Source: a virus (Duplodnaviria; Caudoviricetes). Taken from it: a DNA stretch of 26,729 nt. The position numbers and the translations under genes are program-made. The notes below the pieces were generated by a model. It saw only the letters and a list, made by a program, of their open reading frames with translations. It searched no databases and was not told where the DNA came from. The DNA lies in the IMG/VR virus record IMGVR_UViG_3300009154_000224, positions 1 to 26,729 of that record, one strand, 5' to 3'. Every line of letters starts with the position of its first letter. The first letter of the stretch is position 1. This document shows, piece after piece, positions 17,120 through 25,993 of this stretch.

Positions 17120-17623
17120 TTAATTCTCCGTGAGCAACTCTTTAGTAGAGTCAATTAAACCAAGTTCTTTATAAGAAGGAGCAATAACTTCTTCTTCCAT
17201 CTTGTCTAGATTTTCTTCACCCAAGTGTTTAGTAAGGTGAACTGTTACCCAAATAGTATTTTCTTCTGCAATAACAGCACGTTTAAGACCTACTTCAGAA
17301 ACAAAGATGCAAGGAGCTTCAAAATACTTAGGCCCAAACTCTGTTGACACAGACACCCTACCTTGCATAATAAAGTTTAAATGTTGGTGCCTATGGATTT
17401 TACCTATGATTAGGGTTCCTTTGGGAATAAACATTTGCCTAGCGTAAGTACCACACCCGTAGTTTTCATCTATAGGGGAATAGTAGTGAGTCAACTTACA
17501 ATCAGGAAGAGTATCTTTTATGTTACCGTCTGCAATCATTTTTAACATTCCTTCTTGAACGTTAAGAATGCTTTCACGAAACTTTACTTCGCCGTAAGTA
17601 TTTCTAGTGAGGTCAGTTGTCAT
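17120..17623 (-). CDS. Cupin-fold protein
   Basis: YARQMFIPKGTLIIGKIHRHQHLNFIMQGRVSV...KRAVIAEENTIWVTVH resembles the two cupin motifs. Confidence 0.7.
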   Translation of the reverse strand: MTTDLTRNTYGEVKFRESILNVQEGMLKMIADGNIKDTLPDCKLTHYYSPIDENYGCGTYARQMFIPKGTLIIGKIHRHQHLNFIMQGRVSVSTEFGPKYFEAPCIFVSEVGLKRAVIAEENTIWVTVHLTKHLGEENLDKMEEEVIAPSYKELGLIDSTKELLTEN

Positions 17624-19512
17624 TTGCGATACCTCCCACCACCAACTTGTTGCTCTTGATCCATCTCACCAATTCTGAAGTCAACTTCAGCAGCATCTAG
17701 TCGGAGAGGAACATTACTAGTAACCAAAAACTCCCAAGCTCTACGTCTGTCAGCACCACTTAGGTATATTTGAGAACGAGAAGCATTGAGGTCTACAGTC
17801 CTGTAACTAGACCAAGTGTTGTAGTCATCACCGCTATGCCGAATTTGCATAGTTCCAGCTACCTTGTCTCCAATGATTTCTAACCTACCGTAAAACTTAC
17901 GTTTGGTACTACCGTTGTCCATAATGTCTGTAACAGTACGACAGTAAATAGGTTGACCATTATCTTGGTACGTGTTGACATCAAAGTAATACAGCGTAGC
18001 TGTGTCATCATCTAACACGTAAGGCACACTGTTTACTTCAGCATAGAACGTAGGGCGGAAATAAGATTCTTGATAAATACCAGGATTAGGTTGGTCATTA
18101 CTCTGCATAGAGTATTGAGTCCATGTGTACCACATCTTTTCTGTTAAGTCATACACCAATGTTTGGTTAGTGTTATGCAAAGTTAAGATGTACAACGTAT
18201 GTCCATTTGTTGTGTAGCAGTACGCAGACACACTAGACAAACCATCAGCTTCTAAATGCCTATCAACGTTAGCGTTAGAGACACGAATAGAAGATACCCC
18301 ATCCATAATGTACACAGACCTACCAAAGGTTTTGCTAGTACCTACCCACAACACAGTGTTACTAGTAGCAACAATAGAATCACCGTTAGCACAACCTATT
18401 TCAGAGGTGTAGCTTGCAGCAACTCCTAAAGGAGAACCAACAGCATTTCCTTGGTCATAAAAGAACTGCATACTTACTTTACCAAAAGCTACAAGGTAGT
18501 TAAGGTGTTTGGCAATGCCCACAAGGGTGTCTGTAGTCTGTTCAAAACTAAGGTAGCTTAGTGCTCCCCAAGATGTAGGATCACCTAAGTTAGAGTTGTA
18601 TATACGGTTAGTAGTTGTACCTACAAATACGTAGTTGTCTAAGAACACAGCACCAGATACAAATGGCCCAGATGGAAATGCGTTAAGAGCAGGAGTCAAT
18701 ACTCCGTTAGACCCTAAGTCTGTAAACGTAATAGTCCCAGATACAGTTGCTGTGTGTGCAATGTCTACAGTAATGGTTGTGCCATTGATGTTTGTTACTT
18801 TAGCATTGGGGGATACCCCAGTGCCTGTAACGTACATGCCTACGTATATACCTGTAGCACTAGACACAGCAATAGTAAACAAAGCAGCAGTACCTGTACC
18901 CGTTGGGGTAACAGCACTAGGTACGTTAATAGTACAAGTACCAGCAGAAGATAAGCCTGTACCAGCACTGGTTATAGTTACAGTAGAAATGTTTCCGTTA
19001 ACAACAGTAGCAGTAGCAGCAACACCACTTGCAGAAAAACTAAGGGTAATCCCTTGGCTATAGTTAAGACCAGGGTTGTCAATACTAATGTTGTTTATTT
19101 TGTCGTTAACAATAGTTGTATATGCACCAGCTTTACTAAGCAAATACCCGTTAACTTTGTTTTGAATAAACAAATAAGCATCAAGAAAAGTTCTAACAAA
19201 AAAGCTTCTACTAGTTGATGCAGACGTTGTGCCTACTGTGGTAACGCCATACCCACTAGGATTGATTTGATACACAGTGTTATTAATAACAGCAACTAAG
19301 TTGTTATTAAAAGCAGACATTCCCTGACTGTTGAGATACGCAGGAGGAGTTACAGGTGTAACTTGAGCTACAGCTATAAGCCCAGGACGTTTAACAAACT
19401 CTCTTTTTTGATCTCTTGTTTCAAAGAAACAATTAGATGAGAAAGAGTCTTTGGCAAAAGTCCCATTACGGGACTCAATTGGTTGGGTAAGTGGGATACG
19501 TTCTGTAGCCAT
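17620..19512 (-). CDS. Tail hub / packaged DNA stabilisation protein (P22 gp10-like)
   Basis: 630 aa; KRPGL N-terminal motif; beta-propeller-like repeats (FLDNYVFV, LVAFG, TLVYDLTEKMW); SGDDYNTWS and RRRAWEF at the C-terminus. Confidence 0.8.
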   Translation of the reverse strand: MATERIPLTQPIESRNGTFAKDSFSSNCFFETRDQKREFVKRPGLIAVAQVTPVTPPAYLNSQGMSAFNNNLVAVINNTVYQINPSGYGVTTVGTTSASTSRSFFVRTFLDAYLFIQNKVNGYLLSKAGAYTTIVNDKINNISIDNPGLNYSQGITLSFSASGVAATATVVNGNISTVTITSAGTGLSSAGTCTINVPSAVTPTGTGTAALFTIAVSSATGIYVGMYVTGTGVSPNAKVTNINGTTITVDIAHTATVSGTITFTDLGSNGVLTPALNAFPSGPFVSGAVFLDNYVFVGTTTNRIYNSNLGDPTSWGALSYLSFEQTTDTLVGIAKHLNYLVAFGKVSMQFFYDQGNAVGSPLGVAASYTSEIGCANGDSIVATSNTVLWVGTSKTFGRSVYIMDGVSSIRVSNANVDRHLEADGLSSVSAYCYTTNGHTLYILTLHNTNQTLVYDLTEKMWYTWTQYSMQSNDQPNPGIYQESYFRPTFYAEVNSVPYVLDDDTATLYYFDVNTYQDNGQPIYCRTVTDIMDNGSTKRKFYGRLEIIGDKVAGTMQIRHSGDDYNTWSSYRTVDLNASRSQIYLSGADRRRAWEFLVTSNVPLRLDAAEVDFRIGEMDQEQQVGGGRYRK

Positions 19513-19514
19513 GT

Positions 19515-20279
19515 TTACCGCCCATAAGAGTTAGGGCTAGTAGAACGGAAATCAGGAGCAAAGAATGTGCTTGAAGCTTCAACATCCCAATCAGACAACA
19601 ATGTTTTGTAGGTCATAGCTCGTTGGCTAATCTCTTGCCTAGCGTTCATGGGTACGCCGTACTCAAGAGACAATTGATCTGCAAGGTTCCACACCAAACA
19701 ATTCATCCACTCATTAGGAAAGTCTGGAACATCTAAAGCAGCATTCAAATCATCTAAAGGCATTTGAACAATGATGTGTAACTGAATATTATTTTGAGCA
19801 TTAACATCAGGTGTCAAGTACACATACAACACACCATTCAGTTTACGTGGATCATAAAAAATAGTGTTAGCAGTACCTGTAGAAAACTTAGACCCCAACA
19901 CGTTGTACTCTTGCTTAGATACTAGCATTACAGGAGTATCAATAGCAGGAGTGCTTTGTAGGTTCCTATAGAACCCTTGGATGGCCTTTAAAGGCTTGTC
20001 AGTGATCGCAACGGTAGGGTTGAGGGCATCGTACATCAAAGTTGATGTAGAGCCTCCTAGGGTGTATTGAGTCTGTCCTGAAGTAAGAGGAATAATAATT
20101 TCTGATACTTTCCAAAGCTTAAGACCGTCTGTACTTAATTGTTTGATGATTAAGTTTAAAGACATAGCAGCGTTAGATACTGTGTCTGGATCAGGAGTAG
20201 AACCAATCTCAAGTACACCTAACTTACGAAGAGCTAGGGTAATAATTTGATCTCGGGTAACGGTGTAGGTGCTGCTCAT
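19515..20279 (-). CDS. Head-tail adaptor / tail tubular protein-like
   Basis: IITLALRKLGV N-terminal helix; PDFPNEWMNCLVWNLADQLSLEYG; lies immediately before the gp10-like gene. Confidence 0.7.
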   Translation of the reverse strand: MSSTYTVTRDQIITLALRKLGVLEIGSTPDPDTVSNAAMSLNLIIKQLSTDGLKLWKVSEIIIPLTSGQTQYTLGGSTSTLMYDALNPTVAITDKPLKAIQGFYRNLQSTPAIDTPVMLVSKQEYNVLGSKFSTGTANTIFYDPRKLNGVLYVYLTPDVNAQNNIQLHIIVQMPLDDLNAALDVPDFPNEWMNCLVWNLADQLSLEYGVPMNARQEISQRAMTYKTLLSDWDVEASSTFFAPDFRSTSPNSYGR

Positions 20280-20689
20280 GTGATACCTGTAAAGTCGTTT
20301 AAACCGGGGTTAAGTTTACCTGCTACAACACATCCAGCAATAGCTGTAGGTGGCAGGGCTATAGACCCTTCCATAGTACACACTGGTCGGTATCCGTTAT
20401 CAATGCCTGCTCTAGCACAGTCTGCTTGAGCGTAGTCAGCAATACCTTGAGAACTAACTTGAGTACAAACAAAAATAAAATTATCTGAAGACTCAGGTCT
20501 AGTCCAAGGTGGAGCTTGTATATCTGCTACACCATGTACAAAGTCTTGTGGTTGTCTAGGTTCCCAATCACCAGAACAAACCATAAGCCCATCCCAACGA
20601 AGACGCAACTCATTGTCTTTGAACATGCGACCACAAGAGTCACATATGACGTTCCAGTCTCCATTGTCCCATCTAGACTTGTAAGACAT
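20276..20689 (-). CDS. Cys-rich hypothetical phage protein (possible Zn-binding)
   Basis: ICDSCG...WDGLMVC..DWEPRQPQDF; ATGA overlap with the adaptor. Confidence 0.75.
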   Translation of the reverse strand: MSYKSRWDNGDWNVICDSCGRMFKDNELRLRWDGLMVCSGDWEPRQPQDFVHGVADIQAPPWTRPESSDNFIFVCTQVSSQGIADYAQADCARAGIDNGYRPVCTMEGSIALPPTAIAGCVVAGKLNPGLNDFTGIT

Positions 20690-20691
20690 AG

Positions 20692-20994
20692 TTAACCTAC
20701 AACAAATTCAACTACAACTCCAACAGAAACACCACTATTAAAAGTAATTGTTGATGTAGATGTTTCTGTATAAGCTGTTCCTAAAACTTGATGTTTACCA
20801 TCTGCATATACATGCAAAGATTTAGAACCCACTACATAAGTAAATGGCACAGTAAACAAAGTTTGTCCTGCTGTTGCTGTAACAGTTCCTCGGTTTCTAT
20901 TTACAGAAGTAGTTGCGTACACATAGTTGTTAACATCGTTTAACCATGCAGAAACTATTGGTGTTGTGTTGTCAATGAAGTATGTGTTAGACAT
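20692..20994 (-). CDS. Small tail-associated protein
   Basis: WLNDVN N-terminal motif, then ATAGQTLFT...LHVYADG...YTETS beta domain. Confidence 0.65.
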   Translation of the reverse strand: MSNTYFIDNTTPIVSAWLNDVNNYVYATTSVNRNRGTVTATAGQTLFTVPFTYVVGSKSLHVYADGKHQVLGTAYTETSTSTITFNSGVSVGVVVEFVVG

Positions 20995-21014
20995 AGTGTG
21001 TTCCTAATAACAAA

Positions 21015-21248
21015 TTACTTGTCTTGTTTGCCGTCTAGTTTGTCAAAGATTTTAGCAAGCATAGTTTTAATGTCACTCATGTCTTGACGATAGTCATCTC
21101 TAGCTACGTAACCTTTAGGCAAGTCTTCTCGTAGTTTACTTAGATCAGCTTTAAGTTCTTTAACAGCAGCCCACAATTCTCTGGCAAACCATCCTAAGAT
21201 AGAAAACCCAATGCCTAAAGCTATGTCAATTACGTTTTGAGGTTCCAT
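21015..21248 (-). CDS. Small membrane-anchored coiled-coil protein (hypothetical)
   Basis: N-terminal TM segment IALGIGFSILGWF followed by heptad repeats. Confidence 0.7.
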   Translation of the reverse strand: MEPQNVIDIALGIGFSILGWFARELWAAVKELKADLSKLREDLPKGYVARDDYRQDMSDIKTMLAKIFDKLDGKQDK

Positions 21249-21250
21249 GA

Positions 21251-21499
21251 TTATCCTAGAATAAAAGCTTGTTGTGTAGCTTGATAAGCAGCAATTACTT
21301 CAGCAGTATGAACCACCGAGCAAACAGATTGTACTTTGGCTTCCTCTGCGCTGTAGTTATCCCCAGGCTTAAAGTAGTTACCTTTAATTTGTTCTGCAAA
21401 TGGTTTCCCATCTTCAGTGACAGTTACCACATAGCGCACAGCAACAGTATGGTCAGACAATACCTCAATGCGGTCAACAACGGTTGTTTTTTCGTACAT
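21251..21499 (-). CDS. Hypothetical protein, possible tail fibre chaperone
   Basis: Start moved to MYEKT (21499; TAAGGA RBS). Follows a fibre-like gene. Confidence 0.6.
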   Translation of the reverse strand: MYEKTTVVDRIEVLSDHTVAVRYVVTVTEDGKPFAEQIKGNYFKPGDNYSAEEAKVQSVCSVVHTAEVIAAYQATQQAFILG

Positions 21500-21507
21500 G
21501 GCAATCC

Positions 21508-22107
21508 TTATGCTGTGTAATAAGTTATTGACAATGCGTATTGAAATGTGTTTGTCCACACAATTGCACCGCCAGTCATTGATGAAATATAACCAGAAGT
21601 TGAATTACCTAATAAAAAAACAGCATAAATTACACCAGTAGCTCCAGTTTCACGAACAACGCCCATTTGTTGAAAAAATCCTGAGCCAAATGCAGCGCCA
21701 TTTTTATATGGAAAATTAGTTATTATTAAATTTCCACCCGCTGTTCCGACATTTGTAAGATCAACATAAGCAGTCACAGTTACTTGTCGGCCTACTCTTG
21801 TATAAGTTCCCGATGAAGAATATGTTGTTATTGAGCCAGACCCTGAAGTTGCAGTCGGCGTCCAAGTGCCTTCTTCATACCAATTAAGCAATTGACTTGT
21901 CATTCCAGCTTTTGGAGTATTTGCTGTAAAGTTGTAACCTGTAGCAGCAGCACCTTGAACAATACCATTTGAAGTTTGTGTGCGCCCAGCCGTTAAATTA
22001 GCGACAGATACTTGTTTAGTTACACTACTTTGCACAATCGGCAAAACCTCTGTACCAGCCAAAGGCGTGGTAGCAGATGTTAATGCTGATATTTTGCTGT
22101 TAGACAT
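21508..22107 (-). CDS. Tail fibre-related protein
   Basis: KISALTSATTPLAGTEVLPIVQ N-terminus; YEEGTWTP...YTRVGRQVTV C-terminal tip-like domain. Confidence 0.65.
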   Translation of the reverse strand: MSNSKISALTSATTPLAGTEVLPIVQSSVTKQVSVANLTAGRTQTSNGIVQGAAATGYNFTANTPKAGMTSQLLNWYEEGTWTPTATSGSGSITTYSSSGTYTRVGRQVTVTAYVDLTNVGTAGGNLIITNFPYKNGAAFGSGFFQQMGVVRETGATGVIYAVFLLGNSTSGYISSMTGGAIVWTNTFQYALSITYYTA

Positions 22108-22111
22108 TTAA

Positions 22112-23701
22112 TTAGACCATACGTCCCTGAAAACGTGTGCGCCACAATGTTGCAACGCTGCCGTTTTGAACTGTAACTGTTTTAGTGCTACCAGAGACAT
22201 AAACAGTAGGGTAAGCAGTGTCTCCAGCAGCCATATAGCAACGTACACGGCCAGAGAAAATTTCTTCATTTGATGGAGTTCTGACAGCTCCGGGAGACAA
22301 TCGTTGACCAAGCAAATATGTTTGTGTAGTCGTAAACAAATTTAACTGAAAATCTGTATGGGCAACGGCTAAGTTACCAAGCGAAACTTGAACATCAAAT
22401 TCGTAATAGCCAAACAATGGGGCGGTAAAGACCCCGGTACTTGCATTGACTGCGCTTGCCAAATCATATTGCTTTGTGACCGCAGCAGCGTTCATGCTGT
22501 ACGTTGTTCCATCACCTGTTGCATTGGTTGCATCAGATGTTTGAGCAACAGAGAATCCGCAATTGTCAGCCCGAACGCTTCCATGAGCCCATTGTTTGTA
22601 CCCAGTATCAATGGTGCAATTTGTTGTTAGTACATCGTAATCATAATTTGGGTTAGGATTTTTAATTAAGGTAGACGTTGAAGTTCCGTTAACAAAACAA
22701 CCTTTAAGCGAAAACGTACCTGCTGCGCTTTGCATATCAATCAAGCGTGTAGCATTGAAAGTTTGTAGCAAACAACCGGACAATGAAAAAGAACCAATTG
22801 CGGTAGTAGCTTGCAAAACACCGCTTGTTGAATTTTCAAACCAAGCGCCTGATGCGCTAATACCTTGAGTATTTGTTGCCAAAATATCCCAAGCATTAGT
22901 AGAAAACACCGCATCACCCAAAGACCAAAACGAACCAGCAGTTGCGCTAATGCCTGCTGTTGTCATTCCCTGAATTGTAGTGTGGTTACTTAATGTACAA
23001 ACCGCACCACCAGATTGAATGCCGTATGCACTTCCATACAAATAGCAAGCTGAGATAATAAAATCATTTGCGTTATCGTTAGAAGTTCCCGCACCAGCGT
23101 AAATAGCTGTTGAATTAGCGCCGCCAGACACGCCAGAAATACCAACCCTAAAAATCAATGCTCTCCAAGAGCCGCCGCCGCCAGTCAAACCTTCTTTGTA
23201 AATTTCAATTCCGCGATTAGCTAATGAATTGCCGTTTATATACATATCACGAACTGAACATTCGCTGTATACCAATGGTGAAACTGTAGAGCCGTTCCAA
23301 AAAGAAATCATTGTGCCGCCTGAAGCGCCAACCCATTTTAATTGAGTTCTGTACACAACAGTAGATTCGCCCATCCCAGCGCCGTACAAAATTTGACCAT
23401 AAACAGCCATTCTCAACGTGTTTGATATAGGGTAAGACCCTGGCGGCATATAAACTGGATTACCAGTGTTTAATGCGTTTTGGATTGCTGTTGTGTCATC
23501 CGTAGTTCCGTCACCTTTAGCGCCAAAATCTATCACACTGACATACTGACGCAACTTAGCTTGCACCGTGGTTGCCACAGCGCCAGTGCCAGCGGGTGTG
23601 TAAGCTACAGTGTTACTAGTATCACTGTATGTCTTAGTGTTTACATCGTTAAGCCAAGGAGCAGTAATGACCGTCCCGGTACTAAATACAGTTGAGGTCA
23701 T
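22112..23701 (-). CDS. Tailspike with pectate-lyase-like beta-helix and C1q-like C-terminus
   Basis: TVQAKLRQYVSVIDFGAKGDGTTDDTTAIQNAL, PPGSY; C-terminal TGVFTAPLFGYYEF. Confidence 0.8.
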   Translation of the reverse strand: MTSTVFSTGTVITAPWLNDVNTKTYSDTSNTVAYTPAGTGAVATTVQAKLRQYVSVIDFGAKGDGTTDDTTAIQNALNTGNPVYMPPGSYPISNTLRMAVYGQILYGAGMGESTVVYRTQLKWVGASGGTMISFWNGSTVSPLVYSECSVRDMYINGNSLANRGIEIYKEGLTGGGGSWRALIFRVGISGVSGGANSTAIYAGAGTSNDNANDFIISACYLYGSAYGIQSGGAVCTLSNHTTIQGMTTAGISATAGSFWSLGDAVFSTNAWDILATNTQGISASGAWFENSTSGVLQATTAIGSFSLSGCLLQTFNATRLIDMQSAAGTFSLKGCFVNGTSTSTLIKNPNPNYDYDVLTTNCTIDTGYKQWAHGSVRADNCGFSVAQTSDATNATGDGTTYSMNAAAVTKQYDLASAVNASTGVFTAPLFGYYEFDVQVSLGNLAVAHTDFQLNLFTTTQTYLLGQRLSPGAVRTPSNEEIFSGRVRCYMAAGDTAYPTVYVSGSTKTVTVQNGSVATLWRTRFQGRMV

Positions 23702-23715
23702 TACAAAAACTCCTA

Positions 23716-24216
23716 TTAAACAGACAGAGCTTTAATTGTTTCCAACTTAGCAGCAAGGTCTTGTTGACCAGCAGCCAAAGCTTGTTCACGCAAACTAACA
23801 TCACGTTCACGTTGTTCAACGGCTTTAACACGAGCATCAGCATCAGCTTGCATAGCAGTAGTAGTCTTTTCAGTGTTACTAATAGCAGCAGCAAGAGCAT
23901 CCATTTGAGCACCAACATCAGCAGCAGACTTATTAATCTCTGCTTGCTTTTCATCAAGCTGTTTGTTTTTAGCTTCAATGATTTCTAGTTGTTGTGCAAT
24001 AGCTTCTTCTTTGTCAACTAAAGAATCTTGAAACGACATTAGTTGTTTAGACATCTTTGCTTTTTCAGCAGCAACAGCATCAAGCTGAATCTGCAACTGA
24101 ACTTGTGCAGCATCTTCCATACGTTTGATGTCAGCATCAAATGCACCACTGTCAATAAGTTTAGAGGCAATAATGATTTTACGAATTTCAAAGAGGTCTT
24201 GAGTTGAGAAGGCCAT
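23716..24216 (-). CDS. Coiled-coil hypothetical protein
   Basis: 166 aa, A/Q/E/K-rich heptads; TAAGGA RBS. Confidence 0.75.
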   Translation of the reverse strand: MAFSTQDLFEIRKIIIASKLIDSGAFDADIKRMEDAAQVQLQIQLDAVAAEKAKMSKQLMSFQDSLVDKEEAIAQQLEIIEAKNKQLDEKQAEINKSAADVGAQMDALAAAISNTEKTTTAMQADADARVKAVEQRERDVSLREQALAAGQQDLAAKLETIKALSV

Positions 24217-24225
24217 GATAGTTCC

Positions 24226-24834
24226 TTAAATAGAAAACACGATTTGGTTGGACAAGGGTTTAACTAAAGCACCTGTTGTTAAATCTAACTTGAGGGACTT
24301 ATCTACAGCATCAAAAGTTCCTGTGTAGATACCGCCTGGGCCGTACACAATACCCTTTAACACATACTTGGGATCAGGGTAAAGGCTTGAATGAAACAGC
24401 GTAGCAGCTTTACCTACGATTGTATATGACCCAGAGTTACCAAGTAAAGTTCTATTAGTTAATTTAGTAGAGCTGTACCCAGTTGTAGTGTACGTACCGT
24501 AATCTGCTAAAAGAATTTTAGTACGAGTAACAACAGCAGTTTGACCAGAGGTTGCGTAAGTTCCGTATGTAGCTAAAACAACCTTTGTTCTTAGTAACAA
24601 AACGTCTTGACCTACAGTAGCATAGCTTCCAAATGAAGCAGCTATTGTTTTACTCTTAAAAATACTAGAGTCTTGACCTGTTAAAAAGTAAGCTCCAGCA
24701 CTAAGAATAGCCGATCTGTTGTGATAAACAGAAGCACTCTGTCCTGTAGATGTGTATGTGCCGTAACTCCCTTCAACACTTGTTCTTACTTGAGAAGCAA
24801 GTGGAGCAGATGAAAAAGAATTAAACCCAAACAC
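24226..24834 (-). CDS. Putative structural protein with six 22-aa repeats
   Basis: GTG start MFGFNSFS; GxYxxxG recurs every 22 residues. Confidence 0.7.
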   Translation of the reverse strand: MFGFNSFSSAPLASQVRTSVEGSYGTYTSTGQSASVYHNRSAILSAGAYFLTGQDSSIFKSKTIAASFGSYATVGQDVLLLRTKVVLATYGTYATSGQTAVVTRTKILLADYGTYTTTGYSSTKLTNRTLLGNSGSYTIVGKAATLFHSSLYPDPKYVLKGIVYGPGGIYTGTFDAVDKSLKLDLTTGALVKPLSNQIVFSI

Positions 24835-24842
24835 ACTAAACC

Positions 24843-25112
24843 TTATGCGTCTTGTGCGCCGTCAAATTCAGGCTTTTGCTTGATGATAGAGTATAACGCC
24901 GCACGGTCTGCACCTGCAACATAGTCATCGCCAGCAATCTGCACTTTGCCTGCGCTCAGTGGTTGTTTGCCAGCATCACGGGCTTCTTTGGAGGCGTAGC
25001 CGTAGAAAGTCACTTCAGTGCCTTTGCCTTTGAAATCTTCTTGGACTGCGCCAATGTTCCAGTACGAGGCGGGAATGCCGTAGTCGGTATCAATTGATTT
25101 GATGAGTGCCAT
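24843..25112 (-). CDS. Hypothetical protein, possible tail assembly chaperone
   Basis: 89 aa with TAAGGA RBS, following a Gly-rich fibre gene. Confidence 0.7.
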   Translation of the reverse strand: MALIKSIDTDYGIPASYWNIGAVQEDFKGKGTEVTFYGYASKEARDAGKQPLSAGKVQIAGDDYVAGADRAALYSIIKQKPEFDGAQDA

Positions 25113-25120
25113 GTTTATCC

Positions 25121-25993
25121 TTAAAACATCATGAAAAAGTTGGATGTGTTGCTTGTTGCAAGAGGAGTATAAGTAATAACAATAATGCCGCCAGCACCAG
25201 CCCCTCCAGTAGAACTTGCAGTAGACCCACCACCACCGCCGCCGCCGCCATAATTTCCACCTGCTCCACCTTTATAGGTGGCACTTCCATCTGCTGCACC
25301 ACCGCCGCCACCGCCAGAATATGTTGCATTTTGTCCAGCGTCTCCGGAGGCCGCCACTCCGCCACCTCCGCCGTTACCACCTGTTGCGCCACCAGCGCTT
25401 GCGTAATTATTTGTTGATGACCCTGCGCCGCCGCCATCACCGCCGCCACCACCACGACCTATTGTTGGATTTGTTGCTGTATTTGAGCCACCGCCACCGC
25501 CAACTCCGTTTGGGCCAGCAGCGCCAGCACCACTTGCTCCAGCAGCACTAGTAGAAACCCTACCAGCGCCACCGGATGAGCCAATAAATCCAGTTGTTAA
25601 ATAACTTGTGCCGCCAAGCTGCGCAACAGAAAACCCAGCAACCCCTCCAGCTCTAGTCCCAACAGCATTTGAACCAGATGATGCTGTTATTAAATATCCA
25701 TAAACTGGAAGCCCGGTATCTGGATCATAAGATCCAATGCCATATCCAAAATAACAGCCAGAAGAAAGTAAATTTCCAGATAAGTTGTAGTTTAAATTAG
25801 AAACAAGAGCAGATGATAAAGGAAAGTTTGTAGCTTTTGAATAGCCACCAGAACCGCCACCGCCACCACTTTGTGCGGCAGTGCCATCAGCACCATTACC
25901 GCCGCCTCCAATTATTACAATCGTATTTACGGCATCATTCCAATCGGCTGGAAGTGTCCATGTTCCCGTGCCAGTTAAGGTAATTGTTGTCAT
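25121..25993 (-). CDS. Glycine-rich tail-associated protein
   Basis: GTWTLP..IIGGGGNG, many poly-G runs, GIIVITY. Start moved to ATG 25993 (ATGA overlap). Confidence 0.75.
   Translation of the reverse strand: MTTITLTGTGTWTLPADWNDAVNTIVIIGGGGNGADGTAAQSGGGGGSGGYSKATNFPLSSALVSNLNYNLSGNLLSSGCYFGYGIGSYDPDTGLPVYGYLITASSGSNAVGTRAGGVAGFSVAQLGGTSYLTTGFIGSSGGAGRVSTSAAGASGAGAAGPNGVGGGGGSNTATNPTIGRGGGGGDGGGAGSSTNNYASAGGATGGNGGGGGVAASGDAGQNATYSGGGGGGAADGSATYKGGAGGNYGGGGGGGGSTASSTGGAGAGGIIVITYTPLATSNTSNFFMMF

Noticed and set aside
23682-23988. Leu-rich alternative-frame ORFs over the coiled-coil gene
   Set aside because: Frame-shifted shadows of GCT/GAA-rich codons in 23716-24216.
25190-25580. CCGCCA/CCACCG-rich repeats as a VNTR or CRISPR
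   Set aside because: Explained by poly-Gly codons of the - strand gene; no repeat-spacer periodicity.
280-25992. Stop-codon reassignment (none of the called genes ends in TAG)
   Set aside because: All genes are intact under the standard code and none needs TAG read-through. TAG rarity alone is ordinary.
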